Below are positions 20,154 to 31,042 of a stretch of DNA of 64,000 bases, in pieces. The stretch spans positions 2,495-66,494 of the forward strand of contig CAVXIG010000039.1 in assembly GCA_963761645.1 (NCBI GenBank). The letters are read 5' to 3'. A program made the translations under genes and the position numbers. Source of the stretch: an uncultured Acidobacteriota bacterium. GTDB taxonomy: Bacteria > Acidobacteriota > Thermoanaerobaculia > Multivoradales > UBA5704. A model generated the notes under the pieces. The model was not told the origin of the DNA. It saw only the letters and a list, made by a program, of their open reading frames with translations, and did not search any database. Numbering within the stretch: position 1 is the first letter of the stretch; the number at the start of each line of letters is the position of its first letter.

Positions 20154-21837
20154 TCAATGGCTCGCGCGCGCGGCGCAGCTCTGGATGGCGCCCTTCTGGT
20201 TGCCCGAGATGACGCCCTGCTTCTTGAGCGTGTTGGTGAGGTTCGCGACGCAGCTCACGAACGCGCCATGATTGCCCGCGCCGACCGCGCAGTCGTTGAT
20301 CTGGTCGGTGATGCGGCAGCCGGTGGCGAACGTGGTGTTGGTCACGCCCGAGTTGCAGCCGTCGATGACCACGGTCGCGCTGCGGGAGGAGCCGATGCAC
20401 TGGTCGACGCCGTCGGCGACGCCGTCGCCGTCGGAGAACCAGCCGATGTCGATCATCTCCTGCTTGGTCAGGTCGACGCCGTGGGTCAGGTCGCTGTTGA
20501 TCGAGGGCTCCATCAGCAGGTTGGGGAAGGCGATCGGATCCCAGTGCGAGATCGAGGAGCCGGTGACCACCGGGTTCGGGGCGTTGAGGAGCGCCCGGCC
20601 GGCCGGGTTGGCGCCGGCGCGGACGGCGAGGTTGACGCCGAGCGTCACGTTGACCGTGCCGCTGGCGAGCGCCGTCTTGAGGGCATTGCCGTTGGCCAGG
20701 CTGATCCGGACCGACGGGATGGTGATGGTCGCATCGACGCCGGACATGCCGGCCGGCGGGCTGCCGGCCACGTTGTCGGCGATCAGCACGGCGATGGCGC
20801 CGGCGTTCTGCAGGTTCTTCACCTTGATCGCGAAGCCGCAGGTGCCGCGGTCGACGAGGCCGATTTTGCCGGTGAGGTTGGTGGTGATCGGTCGAGCAGC
20901 CGTCCGTGGTCGACGGGCCGGCGGCGTCCGCCGGATCGAGAGCCAGGAGGACGTCGCCGGTCACGCCCGGCGCGGCGAGGAGCGGGCCGAAGGTCGCGGT
21001 GCCGACCCGGTAGCTGCCCAGGGCGGCGGGCGCGTTCACCGTCACCAGCGGCGTGCCGAGCTGCAGCACGTTGGGAACCGCGGCGGTGACGTTGATGCCG
21101 GTCCAGACCACGTTGTTGGTGTCGATGGTGGCGGTGGCGCGCTGGATGTCCGTCATCTGCGGCCAGGCCTTGTTGAAGGTGGTGCTGAAGGTGTAGGTGC
21201 CGTAGACGTCCGGGAAGCCGGCGAGCTGCGCGCCCGTCACCTTGTTATAGAAGCCGGAGAAGCCCAGGCCGTGGCCGAACTCGTGGAGCAGCACGGTCAC
21301 CAGGTCGATGTTGGTGCCGTGGTTGGCGTCCAGGCCGAGGTACCAGCCGGTCCCGGCCAGGCAGTTGGGCTTGCCGAGATCGCTGTTGAAGCGGGCGATG
21401 ATGTCGTCCGCGCTGGTGCCGTTGGCGCCCGGAGCGAGGTCGGCGCCGGCCAGCTTGTTGGCCAGGGCGACGTGATACCAGGTGTTCAGGAGCTCGGTGT
21501 TCGGGAAGTTGCCGAAGACCTGGATCGCGCCGGCCGAGCCCAGGGTGGCCGCGGTCGCGGTGCAGGCGAGCGGGGTGAAGGACGACTGGATGTAGATCGG
21601 AACCGGGCTGTTCAGGATCGAGCCCCAGATGTCGGCGGCGTACTGGAAGGCGTTCAGCCGCTGCTGGCCGATGGTGGTGCCGGTGTTGCCGCCGACGGGA
21701 ACGGCGGGAGTGGGATCGTTGAAGCCCACGCCGGGAGCGTTGGTGTTGACGATGACGATCTGGGCGGCGCCGAAGACGGGGCCGGTGAGCAGAAGGGCGG
21801 CGATGGCGAAGAGGCCGAGGAGTTTGGTGGTCTTCAT
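20154..21837 (-). CDS. secreted zinc metalloprotease (HExxH) with PA domain, copy 2 (tandem paralog); frame broken once
   Basis: Signal peptide, LLHEFGHGLGF, PA domain GKIGLVDRGTCGFAIKVKNLQNAGAIAVLIADN. N-part in ORF 20131..21837, C-part in ORF 20154..20822, joined near 20885. Confidence 0.8.
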
Positions 21838-21843
21838 GGTGTT

Positions 21844-22267
21844 TTACTTGTCCTCGAAGGCCGGGGCGGCGGTTAGAACGGCATTGGCATCGGCGGCACT
21901 GTCGACGCAGACCTCGCGGACGGAGCCATCCGGCTGTACCTGCGCCATGGAGATGTTCAGGAACGAACTGGAGAGGTCGACCGACATCGTGCCGTCCGCG
22001 AACTGCTTCAGCTCCGGCTGGACGGCTCGAGGCCTTGGTCATTTCCTGGATGCCGGCGACGAGAGCCTTGCTCTCGGCCGCCGTGGGCTGCCGGATCTTG
22101 CCGGTCGCGGGATCGATCGCGACCATCATGCCGGACTGGGCCGCCGGGGCCGGAGCCTTGGCCCGCCGCGCCTTGGCGGCATGAGCCGGAGCCGCGAGGC
22201 TCAGCACCGTCGCGGCGGCGAGACCCAGAGCGGCGATACGAACGCCTTTTCCATACGAATTCGTCAT
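21844..22267 (-). CDS. small secreted protein of unknown function, first gene of the protease cluster; frame broken once
   Basis: MTNSYGKGVRIAALGLAAATVLSLAAPAHA signal peptide, then MVAIDPATGKIRQPTAAESKALVAGIQEM. After a shift near 22030: PELKQFADGTMSVDLSSSFLNISMAQVQPDGSVREVCVDSAADANAVLTAAPAFEDK-stop. GGGAGG lies upstream of ATG 22267. Confidence 0.55.
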
Positions 22268-22818
22268 AACCATCCTCCCGTTAGGGGTTGCATCGAGGCA
22301 CGCTCCGGAGAGGGAACCAGCACCATGCCGGCCAGCGCTCGCGGAACGGAAGATCCAGTCTAAGAAGTAACGAGCCAATGTCTCAGTGCACGGATCCCGG
22401 GGAGCTCGGGACACAGGGGTTCAGATTCGTCGCTTCCAAAGATATCCAGAGACACTCCTGTCGCCGTCCTACGTCCTTCTTCTTTCGGCAACCCGGCTGT
22501 CTCTGTGAGACCCGCGGCTTTGCGTCACCGCCTCGCGGCGGCTTTGCCTTTTCGATGTGTGAGATCTGCGAGTTTGGAGTCGAAGCTGTCTAATGTCAAG
22601 GCTGTTTTTGTAATTCGCTCTCCACAATGGCACAACATGCTCCGGGGGACGGCTATTCCCGGAGTCTGAAAAACCAGCAAGAGAATAAGTTCTGAATATC
22701 GAGCGTCTCTATGAATTTGTTAATAAGCTTCAAGGCAATGGAAGCTGCTCATCAGCGTTTTATTCCCAAACCGGGCCGCCGGCTCGGAAATCTGGCCGGG
22801 TAAAAAATTCAATGCCGT

Positions 22819-24026
22819 TCACAGCAGCTCGACCTCGTACTGCCTCTCGTGGAGCGCCTGGCGCAGCTCGTCGATATGCCCGGCGTTCCGGGTCTCCAGG
22901 GTGACGTCGACCTGGGCCTCCCAGAAGCCGGCGTGCATGAAGACCCGGTCGTGCTGGATGCGCACCACGTTGCCGCCGTGCTGGCCGATCACCTGGAGCA
23001 GCTCGGCCAGCGCCCCCGGACGGTCCGGGACATGGGTGCGGACGCGCACCAGGCGCCGGCTCTCGACCAGGTAGCGGTCGATGATGCGCGCGAGCAGGGC
23101 GACGTCGACGTTGGCGCCCGAGAGGAGCATGACGACGTGGCGCCCCGCCACGTCGGGGATCCGGTGGGCGGCCATGGCGGCCAGGGTGACGGCGGCGGCC
23201 CCCTCGGTGACCGTCTTGCCGGTCTCGACCAGGCGGACCATGGCGGCGCGGATCTCGTCTTCCGAGACGGTGACGACGGCGTCCACAGAGCGGCGGATGT
23301 GCTCGAAGGTGCGCTCGCCGGGCGTCTTGACGGCGATGCCGTCGGCGACCGACCGCTCGGCCGGGCAGACGCGGATCCGGCCGGCCTGGAAGCTCTCGGC
23401 CATCGCCGGGGCGGCCGCGGTCTGGACGCCGTAGATCCGCACCGACGGCCGCTTCGCCTTGATCGCCGTGGCGATGCCGGAGATCAGCCCGCCGCCGCCG
23501 ATGGGGACCACCACCACCTCCACCTCCGGCGTCTGCTCGAGGATCTCGAGGCCGATCGTCCCCTGCCCCGCCATCACCTGCTCGTCGTCGAACGGGTGGA
23601 CGAAGACCAGCCCCCGCTCGCGCTCGAGCCGCCGCGCCTCGTGGTAGGCCTCGTCGAAGATCTCGCCGGCCAGCACGACCTCGCCGCCGAGCCGGCGGGT
23701 GTTCTCGATCTTGATCAGGGGAGTGGTCACCGGCATGACGATGATCGACGGCACCCCGGCCTGGGTGGCGCTGAAGGCCACCCCCTGGGCATGGTTGCCG
23801 GCCGAGGCGGTGATCACCCCCGCCGGACCTCGTCCGCCGGCAGCCCGGCGATCTTGTTGTAGGCGCCCCGGACCTTGAAGGAGCCGGTGAGCTGGAGGGT
23901 CTCGTACTTGAACCAGGCGTGCGCGCCCAGCTCCTCGGAGAAGGCCCACGAGCGCAGGCACGGGGTGGGCTGCACGATCCCGCCGATCCGCGCGCGGGCC
24001 TCCTCGACGTCTTTCAGGGTAATCAT
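22819..24026 (-). CDS. ilvA: threonine ammonia-lyase (threonine dehydratase) with one C-terminal ACT-like regulatory domain; frame broken once
   Basis: PLP-Lys motif TGSFKVRGAYNK, then ITASAGNHAQGVA, PIGGGGLISG, and a C-terminal regulatory domain. ORF 23814..24080 (from ATG 24026) and ORF 22819..23961 join near 23822. Confidence 0.85.
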
Positions 24027-24081
24027 TGCGGTGGTCAGGACTGGAGCCTCGGAAGGCGGCAGTGTAGCAGGAGGAGCCAAC

Positions 24082-24111
24082 GAAAAACCCCTCTCCGGGA
24101 GGAGAGGGGTT
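24082..24111 (-). terminator. rho-independent terminator after the TPR gene
   Basis: Minus strand reads ACCCCTCTCC-tccc-GGAGAGGGGT followed by TTTTCGTT. Confidence 0.75.
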
Positions 24112-24140
24112 CGGGAAATCGCGAGCGGACGAAATTTTTG

Positions 24141-24695
24141 CTAGTGCGGGGAGCTCAGGGCGCCGGCGAGCGCCACGCCGGCCTCGGCGTCGACCGTCTC
24201 GGGGGCCTGTGCGTAGTTCGCGCGCTGGAGCAGAGCCCCGGCCAGGCTGGAGCGGACCTGCCCCTCCATCCGGCCGTCGAGCTGGACCGCCTTGGCGAAA
24301 GCCTCGCGGGCGGCGCCGGTCTCCCCCTTGAGGGTCAGGATGGTGCCGAGCTGGTCGTAGGCGCGGGCCTGGTCCTCGGGAGAGGAGTAGAGGGCCAGCG
24401 CCATGCGGGTCACCTGCAGGGCGGCGTTGTACTGCCGGGCGCCGCTGTAGGCGCGGCCGACGCCGAGCAGGCAGTCGGGGCAGGGGCCGCCGGCGAGCTC
24501 GCTGGCCCGCTCGAACTCGGCCGAGGCCGCCTTGTAATTTCCCTCCTGGACGAGACGCTCGCCTCTCTGCATCGCCCGCGCGGCGTCCTCCTGAAGGGGG
24601 GCGGCATCCTGGGCCCGCGCGGCCGGAGCCAGCGTGAACACGGCCAAGGCTCCGAGAAGCGGCAGGAGGGGGAAGCTGCGATATTTTGGCGTCAT
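24141..24695 (-). CDS. secreted TPR-repeat protein
   Basis: Signal peptide FPLLPLLGALAVFTLAPAARA. TPR-like helices (GNYKAASAEFERA, ARQYNAALQVTRMAL, ARAYDQLGTILTLKGE). ATG 24695 inside ORF 24141..24785. Confidence 0.65.
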   Translation of the reverse strand: MTPKYRSFPLLPLLGALAVFTLAPAARAQDAAPLQEDAARAMQRGERLVQEGNYKAASAEFERASELAGGPCPDCLLGVGRAYSGARQYNAALQVTRMALALYSSPEDQARAYDQLGTILTLKGETGAAREAFAKAVQLDGRMEGQVRSSLAGALLQRANYAQAPETVDAEAGVALAGALSSPH

Positions 24696-24901
24696 CGTCG
24701 GCACTCCTTGTTGTATCTCTAAAAGCTGGGCGGTACGTCTTCGTTTCGGCTCATTCTCGGGAGCGAGCCCGCCCGCCGGACGCAAGGGTCAAAAGCAAAG
24801 AGCGTGCCAGCTAGGGTCAAGAACCTTTCACCGCCCGTCGCCGTTAGCATCCATAGCCGGCAACCCGCCGCGCCCCGTCCGCTTCGACTCAGGAGATCTC
24901 G

Positions 24902-26705
24902 ATGGATTCTCAGCCCGCTGCCGTCCTCGCCGCGCCTCGCGGCTCCTCGCCGGGGCCCTGGCGCTCGCGGCGTTAGCCGCTCCGGCGTTTTCGCTCCAGC
25001 TCCCGGCGCGCCGCCCGCCTGGGTGGTGAAGAGCGACCAGAACACCCAGCTCCTGCTCGACAGCTCGCCCGCTTCGCCCCGAAGGCGCCGGCGAGCTCGG
25101 CGTGCCGGGGCTCGACGAGCAGATCCTCGACCTCAAGCCTGGCTTCGAGGAGCGCGCCGAGGCCGCCTCCCGGAAGGTGCGGGAGGAGCTGAGCCGCCGG
25201 CTGGCCGCGGAGACCGACCCCCGCGTCCGCCAGGACCTCGAGATCCTGATCCAGGCCGGTCGACGACGACCTGAAGGGGAGCGAGCTCGGGCGCAAGTAC
25301 AACCTCCCCTACTCCAACGTCACCCAGACCGTCTTCGGGGGCCTCCGCGCCCTGCTCGACGACCAGGTGGAGCCGGCGCGGCGCCCGGCGGCCCTGGTGC
25401 GCCTGCGCAAGTACGCCGGCATGGCGCCCGGCACCACGCCGCTGACCCGGCTGGCCGAGGAGTACACCCGCGCGAAGCTGAAGAACGCCAAGCTGCGCGG
25501 CCCGTTCAAGGACCGGATCGAGCGTGATCTCGCCAACAACCAGACGGTGGTCGCCGGCATCGAGCGAGCTGTTCAAGAAGTACGGCATCGCCGGGTACGA
25601 GGAGCCCTACGCGAAGCTCAAGGAGCAGCTCGCCGCCTATGACGCGTTCCTGCGCAAGGAGATGCTCCCCCGCGCCGGCGACGACTTCCGCCTGCCGCCG
25701 GAGCTCTACGCCTACAGCCTGCAGCAGGTGGGGATCGACATGCCGGTCGAGGAGCTGGTGCGGCGCGCCGAGGTGGCCTTCAAGGAGATCCAGAGCGAGA
25801 TGGCGACCCTGGCGCCGCTGGTCGCCCGCGAGAAGGGGCTCGGCGTCACCGACTACCGGGGGGTGATCCGCGAGCTGAAGAAGCAGCAGATCACCGGCGA
25901 CGCCGTCCTCCCCTTTTTCCAGGAGCGGATCAAGGCGCTGGAGGAGATCATCCGGCGCGAGGGGATCGTCAGCCTCCCCGACCGGCCGATGAAGTTCCGG
26001 GTGGCCAGCGAGGCCGAGAGCGTGGCGAGCCCCGCGCCGCACATGCAGCCGCCGCGGCTGATCGGCAACACCGGCGAGATGGGCGAGTTCGTGCTGCCGC
26101 TGCGCATCCCGGGTGGGCAGGGGGCTGCGAATCTCACCCTCGACGACTTCACCTACGACGCCTTCGCCTGGCCGGTGACCGCCCACGAGGGGCGTCCCGG
26201 CCACGAGCTCCAGTTCGCGTCGCTGATCGAGGGCGGGGTCTCGAAGGCGCGGGCGATCTTCGCCATGAACAGCGTCAACGTCGAGGGGTGGGCGCTCTAC
26301 GCCGAGGCCGAGGTCAAGCCCTACCTGCCGCTCGACGGCCAGCTCGCCGCCCTGCAGAGCCGGCTGACCCGGGCCGCCCGCGCCCTGCTCGACCCCGGCC
26401 TGCAGAGCGGCCAGGTCACGCGCGAGGAGGCGACGCGCATCCTGCGCGAGGACGTCGGCCTCTCCGAGGGGATGGCCCTCCAGGAGGTGCAGCGCTACAC
26501 CTTCCGCAGCCCGGGGCAGGCGACCGCCTACTTCTGCGGCTACACCCGGCTGATGGAGCTGCGGCAGGAGACCGAGCGCGCCCTGGGTCCGAAGTTCGAC
26601 CGCAGGGCCTACCACGATTTCCTGCTCGCCCAGGGGCTGCTCCCACCCTCCCTGCTGCGCAAGGCGGTGTTCGAGGAATTCGTCCCCCGGCAGCTCAAGA
26701 AATAG
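24902..26705 (+). pseudogene. DUF885 family protein; about five frame changes in the first 670 bp, C-terminal 1.1 kb intact
   Basis: C-part is ORF 25524..26705 with the DUF885 signature AHEGRPGHELQF. N-part pieces: signal-like LLAGALALAALAAPAFS, then LGVPGLDEQILDLKPGFEERAE (ORF 25102), then VEPARRPAALVRLRKYAG...RIERDLANNQTVVAGIE (ORF 25367). Start at 24902 is tentative. Confidence 0.65.
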
Positions 26706-26823
26706 CGGCCGATTGGCACTGCCCTTGCTTGAATCTTCTTCAGGACGTGCTCTGAACCCCGGTTCAGAGCCGTCTTCTTATGCCCTCTGGCACAGTTCTC
26801 ATCCTGAAAGGAGAGGAGACATC

Positions 26824-27421
26824 ATGAGTAAGAACAACAAGAGCCTCGCCATGGCAGCCACCCTGACCGGCCTTCTGATTGTGGGCCCTGCCCTTATCGC
26901 CCAGAGCACATCCACGAGCAGCAGCATGTCGAAAACCACCACGACTACGACCACGATGTCGAAGCTCAGCGCCAGCGACACCAAGTTCATGAAGGAAGCG
27001 GCGATGGGCGGCATGGAGGAGGTCGAGCTCGGGCAGCTCGCGGCTCAGAAGGCTTCCAGCCCGGAGGTCAAGAACTTCGGCCAGCACATGGTCGACGACC
27101 ATTCCAAGGCCAACGACCAGCTCAAGCAGCTCGCCGCCGCAGAAGGGCGTGACGCTGCCGGCGTCGATGTCCGCCTCGCAGAAGCAGGACATGGACAAGC
27201 TCTCCAAGCTCTCGGGCGCCGCGTTCGACAGCGCGTACATCAGCATGATGGTCAAGGACCACAAGAAGGACGTCGCCGAGTTCCAGAAGGAGGCCAAGAG
27301 CGGCAAGGACTCGGACGTCAAGAGCTGGGCTTCCACGACCCTGCCCACCCTGGAGGACCATCTGAAGATGGTGCAGGGCATCTCCTCGTCGATGCACCCG
27401 ATGAAGAGCTCCAAGAAGTAG
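26824..27421 (+). CDS. DUF4142 domain secreted protein; frame broken once
   Basis: Signal/anchor LAMAATLTGLLIVGPALIA and a Ser/Thr-rich linker. Two DUF4142 half-repeats (DTKFMKEAAMGGMEEVELGQLAAQKA...HMVDDHSKAN and FDSAYISMMVKDHKKDVAEFQKEA). Join near 27150. RBS GGAGAGGAG. Confidence 0.75.
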
Positions 27422-27499
27422 CAGACCGGCCCAGGTCGTCCCAGGGGCGGCCTCCGGGCCGCCCTCTGTTCCCCTCCACCTCGACTACAATCCCCCGCC

Positions 27500-28620
27500 A
27501 TGACCGACGGCTCTCTGGACCGGCTCCCCCGGACGCGGGAGGCGATCGAGGCGGGAATCCGCGACGGGCTCCACCTCGGCGCGCAGATCTACGCCTCGCT
27601 GCGGGGCGAGCCGGTGGCCGACGCGGCGCTGGGCGAGGACCGCCCCGGCGCGCCGCTCACCCGCGCTCACCTGATGCTCTGGCTCTCCTCCACCAAGCCG
27701 GTGCCGGCGGTGGCCATCGCCCAGCTCTGGGAGCGCGGGCTGCTCGAGCTCGACGATCCGGTGGCGCGGCACATCCCCGAGTTCGCGGCCAACGGCAAGG
27801 AGGGGATCACCCTCCGCCATCTCCTCACCCACACCGGCGGCATCCGGCTGCTCGACACCGGCTGGCCCCAGGCCTCCTGGGAGGAGATCGTCGCGAAGAT
27901 CTGCGCCATGAAGCCGGAGCCCCGGTGGGTCCCCGGGCAGAAGGCCGGCTACCATCAGGCGTCGAGCTGGTTCATCCTCGGCGAGGTGATCCAGCGCGCC
28001 GGCGGCCGCCCCTTCTCCGCCTACATCCGCGAGGAGATCTTCCAGCCGCTCGGGATGGCCGACTCCTGGATCGGCATGCCCCCCGAACGCTACCTTTCTT
28101 ACCAGGAATCCGGCCGGATCGGGGCGATGTGGAACACCGAGGGGGAGCGAGCCGAAGGACCACGGCTGGGATACCGGAGGAGCGCTGCGTCCGTCCCAGC
28201 CCGGGCGGCAACGGCTACGGCCCCTTGAGCGAGCTGGGGCGCTTCTACGAGATGCTGCTCGGGCGGGGCTCCTGGAACGCCCGCCGCATCCTGCTGCCGC
28301 AGACGGTCGAGGCCTTCACCACCCCGCATCGCATCGGGATGACCGACGTCACCTTCAAGCACGTCCTGGACTGGGGATTGGGTTTCATCGTCAACTCGAT
28401 CCAGTACGGCGCGGAGACGGTGCCCTACGGCTACGGCCACCACGCCTCCCCCCGCGCCTTCGGCCACAGCGGCTACCGCTCGTCCACCGGCTTCGCGGAC
28501 CCGGAGCGCGGCCTCGCCGTGGCGCTGGCCTTCAACGGCACGCCGGCGGGCGACGCCCACGAGCGGCGGATCCGCTCGGTGCTCGACGCGCTCTACGAGG
28601 ATCTGGGGCTGGCCTCTGAC
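27500..28620 (+). CDS. beta-lactamase-fold serine hydrolase (class C / esterase EstB-like family); at least two frame changes, 3' end uncertain
   Basis: SxxK motif WLSSTKPV; C-part GGNGYGPLSELGRFYEMLLGRG...FGHSGYRSSTGFADPERGLAVALAFNG in the frame of ORF 26713..28749. Shifts near 28150 and 28195. The open frame runs on into the opposite-strand Kazal gene, so the true stop is probably near 28617-28626. Confidence 0.7.
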
Positions 28621-28664
28621 CCGTGTGAAGAAGGGGCGGCCCCGCGGGACCGCCCCTGCGGACG

Positions 28665-29044
28665 TCAGACCTCAAGCCGCCGGCTTGCGCAGGCGCCCTT
28701 GCTGGCCTCGCGCACGCCGGCGGTCAGCAGCTCGCACTCGTTCGCGTAGGTCGTGCCGTCGCAGCCGCACACCTTCGCTCCGCCCGTCGGGCAGGGGCTC
28801 TTGACCTTCACGCAGGTGCCGGAGAGATCGGCGACGTTGCACATGTTGGCCGGATACCGGCAGGCCTGCCCTTCCGGGCATCTCAGGCCGGCGATGCCGC
28901 CGCACATGGCGCCCTTGCGTAGCTCGCCTTCGAGGCTCCATAACCGGCCTTGCCCTCCGGACTGGCCCATCCGGAAGTCGCCGCACTGACCAGAAGGACG
29001 AGGACGAGGAGCGTACACAACCTGACGATCGCATTACGAACCAT
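28665..29044 (-). CDS. secreted Kazal-type serine protease inhibitor domain protein; frame broken once
   Basis: ATG 29044 with AGGAGG upstream. Signal peptide MVRNAIVRLCTLLVLVLLVSAA. After a shift (28900-28960): MCGGIAGLRCPEGQACRY...CVKVKSPCPTGGAKVCGCDGTTYANECELLTAGVREASKGAC, which matches the Kazal pattern C-x-VCG-x-DG-x-TY-x-N-x-C. Confidence 0.8.
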
Positions 29045-29117
29045 GACTCAAGCCTCCTTTGGGAAACCGCGTCGACGGTTGAACAGCGGGAACGGCGCGG
29101 CCGTCTTTAAGAATAGC

Positions 29118-29757
29118 TCAAAAGACGACCGAGGAGACCCCCTGCCAGATCCACCAGAGCCCGACGAGGCGAAAGATCCAGAGCAGGTTCCGCACGCCGA
29201 GCAGAAAGAAGTTGTGGACCGGGAAGGGAACCTCGAGCGGGAGAGTGCTCGCGGGCGAAGAAATATCCGAGGGCGGCCACGTTCACCGTGACGCCGACCA
29301 CCAGCTTGAACCAGGTGGTGGCGATCGGCACCGGCGCCGGCTGCCCGGCGGCGGAGGCGGCGAGCGCGGTGAGCAGGAAGAGCAGGGGGAGGAAGATCCC
29401 CAGGCGCAAGGGCCAGCGCCAGGCGTGCAGGAACGAGAAGAACTTCGCCGCGGGCTGGCGGTGCTCCGCGCAGCAGCGGGCCGCGATCTTGCGGGCGCCG
29501 GAGCGCAGCTCGAGCTCCACGGGCGTCCGCGGCGGAACCCGGTTGCACCAGAGGCATTTGACCGCCAGCACCCGCTCCATGTAAGGCCGGGCGAGGAAGC
29601 GGTGAGCGACGATCAGCGCCACGCCGCCCGCCAGGCTCAACCCCACCGGCTCCGGGTGGCGCACGAAGAGGAACAGCACCGCCGGGATGAACAGGAAGAG
29701 GAGGACGCCGGTCGCGTAGATCGCCAACCGGTTGGGCGCGGATCGAGGGGTGGTCAT
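29118..29757 (-). CDS. multi-pass membrane protein of unknown function with cytoplasmic Cys cluster; frame broken once
   Basis: ORF 29107..29757: TM helices (LAIYATGVLLFLFIPAVLFLFV, LSLAGGVALIVA, LGIFLPLLFLLTALAA, FKLVVGVTVNVAALGYFF). Motif CLWCN...CCAEH. After a shift near 29237 the frame continues as LEVPFPVHNFFLLGVRNLLWIFRLVGLWWIWQGVSSVVF-stop (29118). Confidence 0.5.
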
Positions 29758-29791
29758 AGGAGGGGCGGATTATGGCATGGCCCGCGCGGCC

Positions 29792-31025
29792 CTATCCCCT
29801 GCAAACCCCCAGATAACTCCCCCTCACGAACCCCGGAAACACCTGCTCCACCCCGGGGTTGCCCAGCCGGCGCTCCAGGATCTCGCTCGAGCACCGTGCG
29901 GTAGTCGGTGGTCACCGCGAGGTCGCCGGGATCGGCCAGGGCCTCGGGGGCGAGGGTGGGCCAGCGGCCGTGGACCTTCCTGCCGTTGATCCCGCCCCCC
30001 ATCAGGAACATGAAGCTGGCGGTGCCGTGGTCGGTGCCGCCGGAGGCGTTCTCCTCGATGCGGCGGCCGAACTCGGTCATCGTCGCCACCGTGATGTTGC
30101 CGATGCGGTCGTGGAGGTCGGCGTAGAAGGCGTGGAGGCCGGCGCCGAGGTCGGCCAGCAGGCCGGGCATCTGGTCCGACTCGGTGTCGTGCATGTCCCA
30201 GCCGCCGAGGTCGACGCAGGCCACCTCCAGCCCGAGATCGGCCTTGATGAGCTGGCCGATCTGCTTCAGCGCGTTGCCGAAATCGGTGTCCGGATACTCG
30301 GCGCCGTGCTGGGGCTCGTACTGGCCGGGATCGGCGGCGGTCAGCCGCTCGACGGCGCCGAAGGTCTGCAGGGCCTGGACGTCGAGGAAGGTGGTCCCCG
30401 AGTAGAGCGCGGCCAGGGTGCCCTGGAAGCGGGAGATCTGGTCCTCGAACCCCTGGAGGTGGAAGTCGGCGATCGAGGCGAGCGAGGTCGCCGGGATCGT
30501 CCCGCGCAGCGACGCCGGGACGAAGTCGCCGAAGCCGATCGCCCGGAACGGCGAGGTGTTCGCGGCGTCGACGGCCGCGAGGTGGCGGCCGAGCCAGCCG
30601 GAGAGCACCCGCCGCTCGCCGGGCGTGCCGCGCTCCATCCAGTCCATGGAATCGAAATGCGAGTGGTTGTTGACCGGCATCCCGGCGGCGTGGACCACGG
30701 CGAGGCCGCCGTCGTCCCAGACCTCCTTCAGCGGCCCGAGCGACGGGTGGAAGCCGAAGAAGCCGTCGAGGTTGACCGCCCGGTCCGGTCCCGCGCCGGG
30801 CTCGCGGATGCCGATGGTAGGACGGTTGTCGTGGTAGTGGCGGTCGCCGAAGGGGACGACGACGTTGACGCCGTCGGCGCCGCCGCGCAGGAAGATGCAG
30901 ACCAGCGTGTCGCACTGGGAGGCGGCGCGCCCCGGGGCGGCGAAAGCCAGCCGGGGGAACCAGCCCGGCAGGGTGGCGGCGGCGCCCAGGGCGCCGAGGA
31001 ATCCGCGGCGGGTCAGCTTGGACAT
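29792..31025 (-). CDS. DUF1501 family protein (sulfatase-fold, Tat signal); frame broken once near the 3' end
   Basis: Tat-like MSKLTRRGFLGALGAAATL. Family-typical FLRGGADGVN, HFDSMDWME, GGWDMHD, TEFGRR...GTDHG. C-terminus DYRTVL-EILERRLGNPGVEQVFPGF after a shift near 29880. Confidence 0.8.
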
Positions 31026-31042
31026 GGGTCAGGCTCCTCTCG

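Noticed and set aside
18456-21876. 565-aa and 534-aa plus-strand ORFs opposite the protease genes (likewise 56418..58280 and 58302..60365 opposite the amidohydrolases)
   Set aside because: These are antisense mirror ORFs with Arg/Gly/Asp/Val-rich junk composition. The minus-strand products have signal peptides and catalytic motifs.
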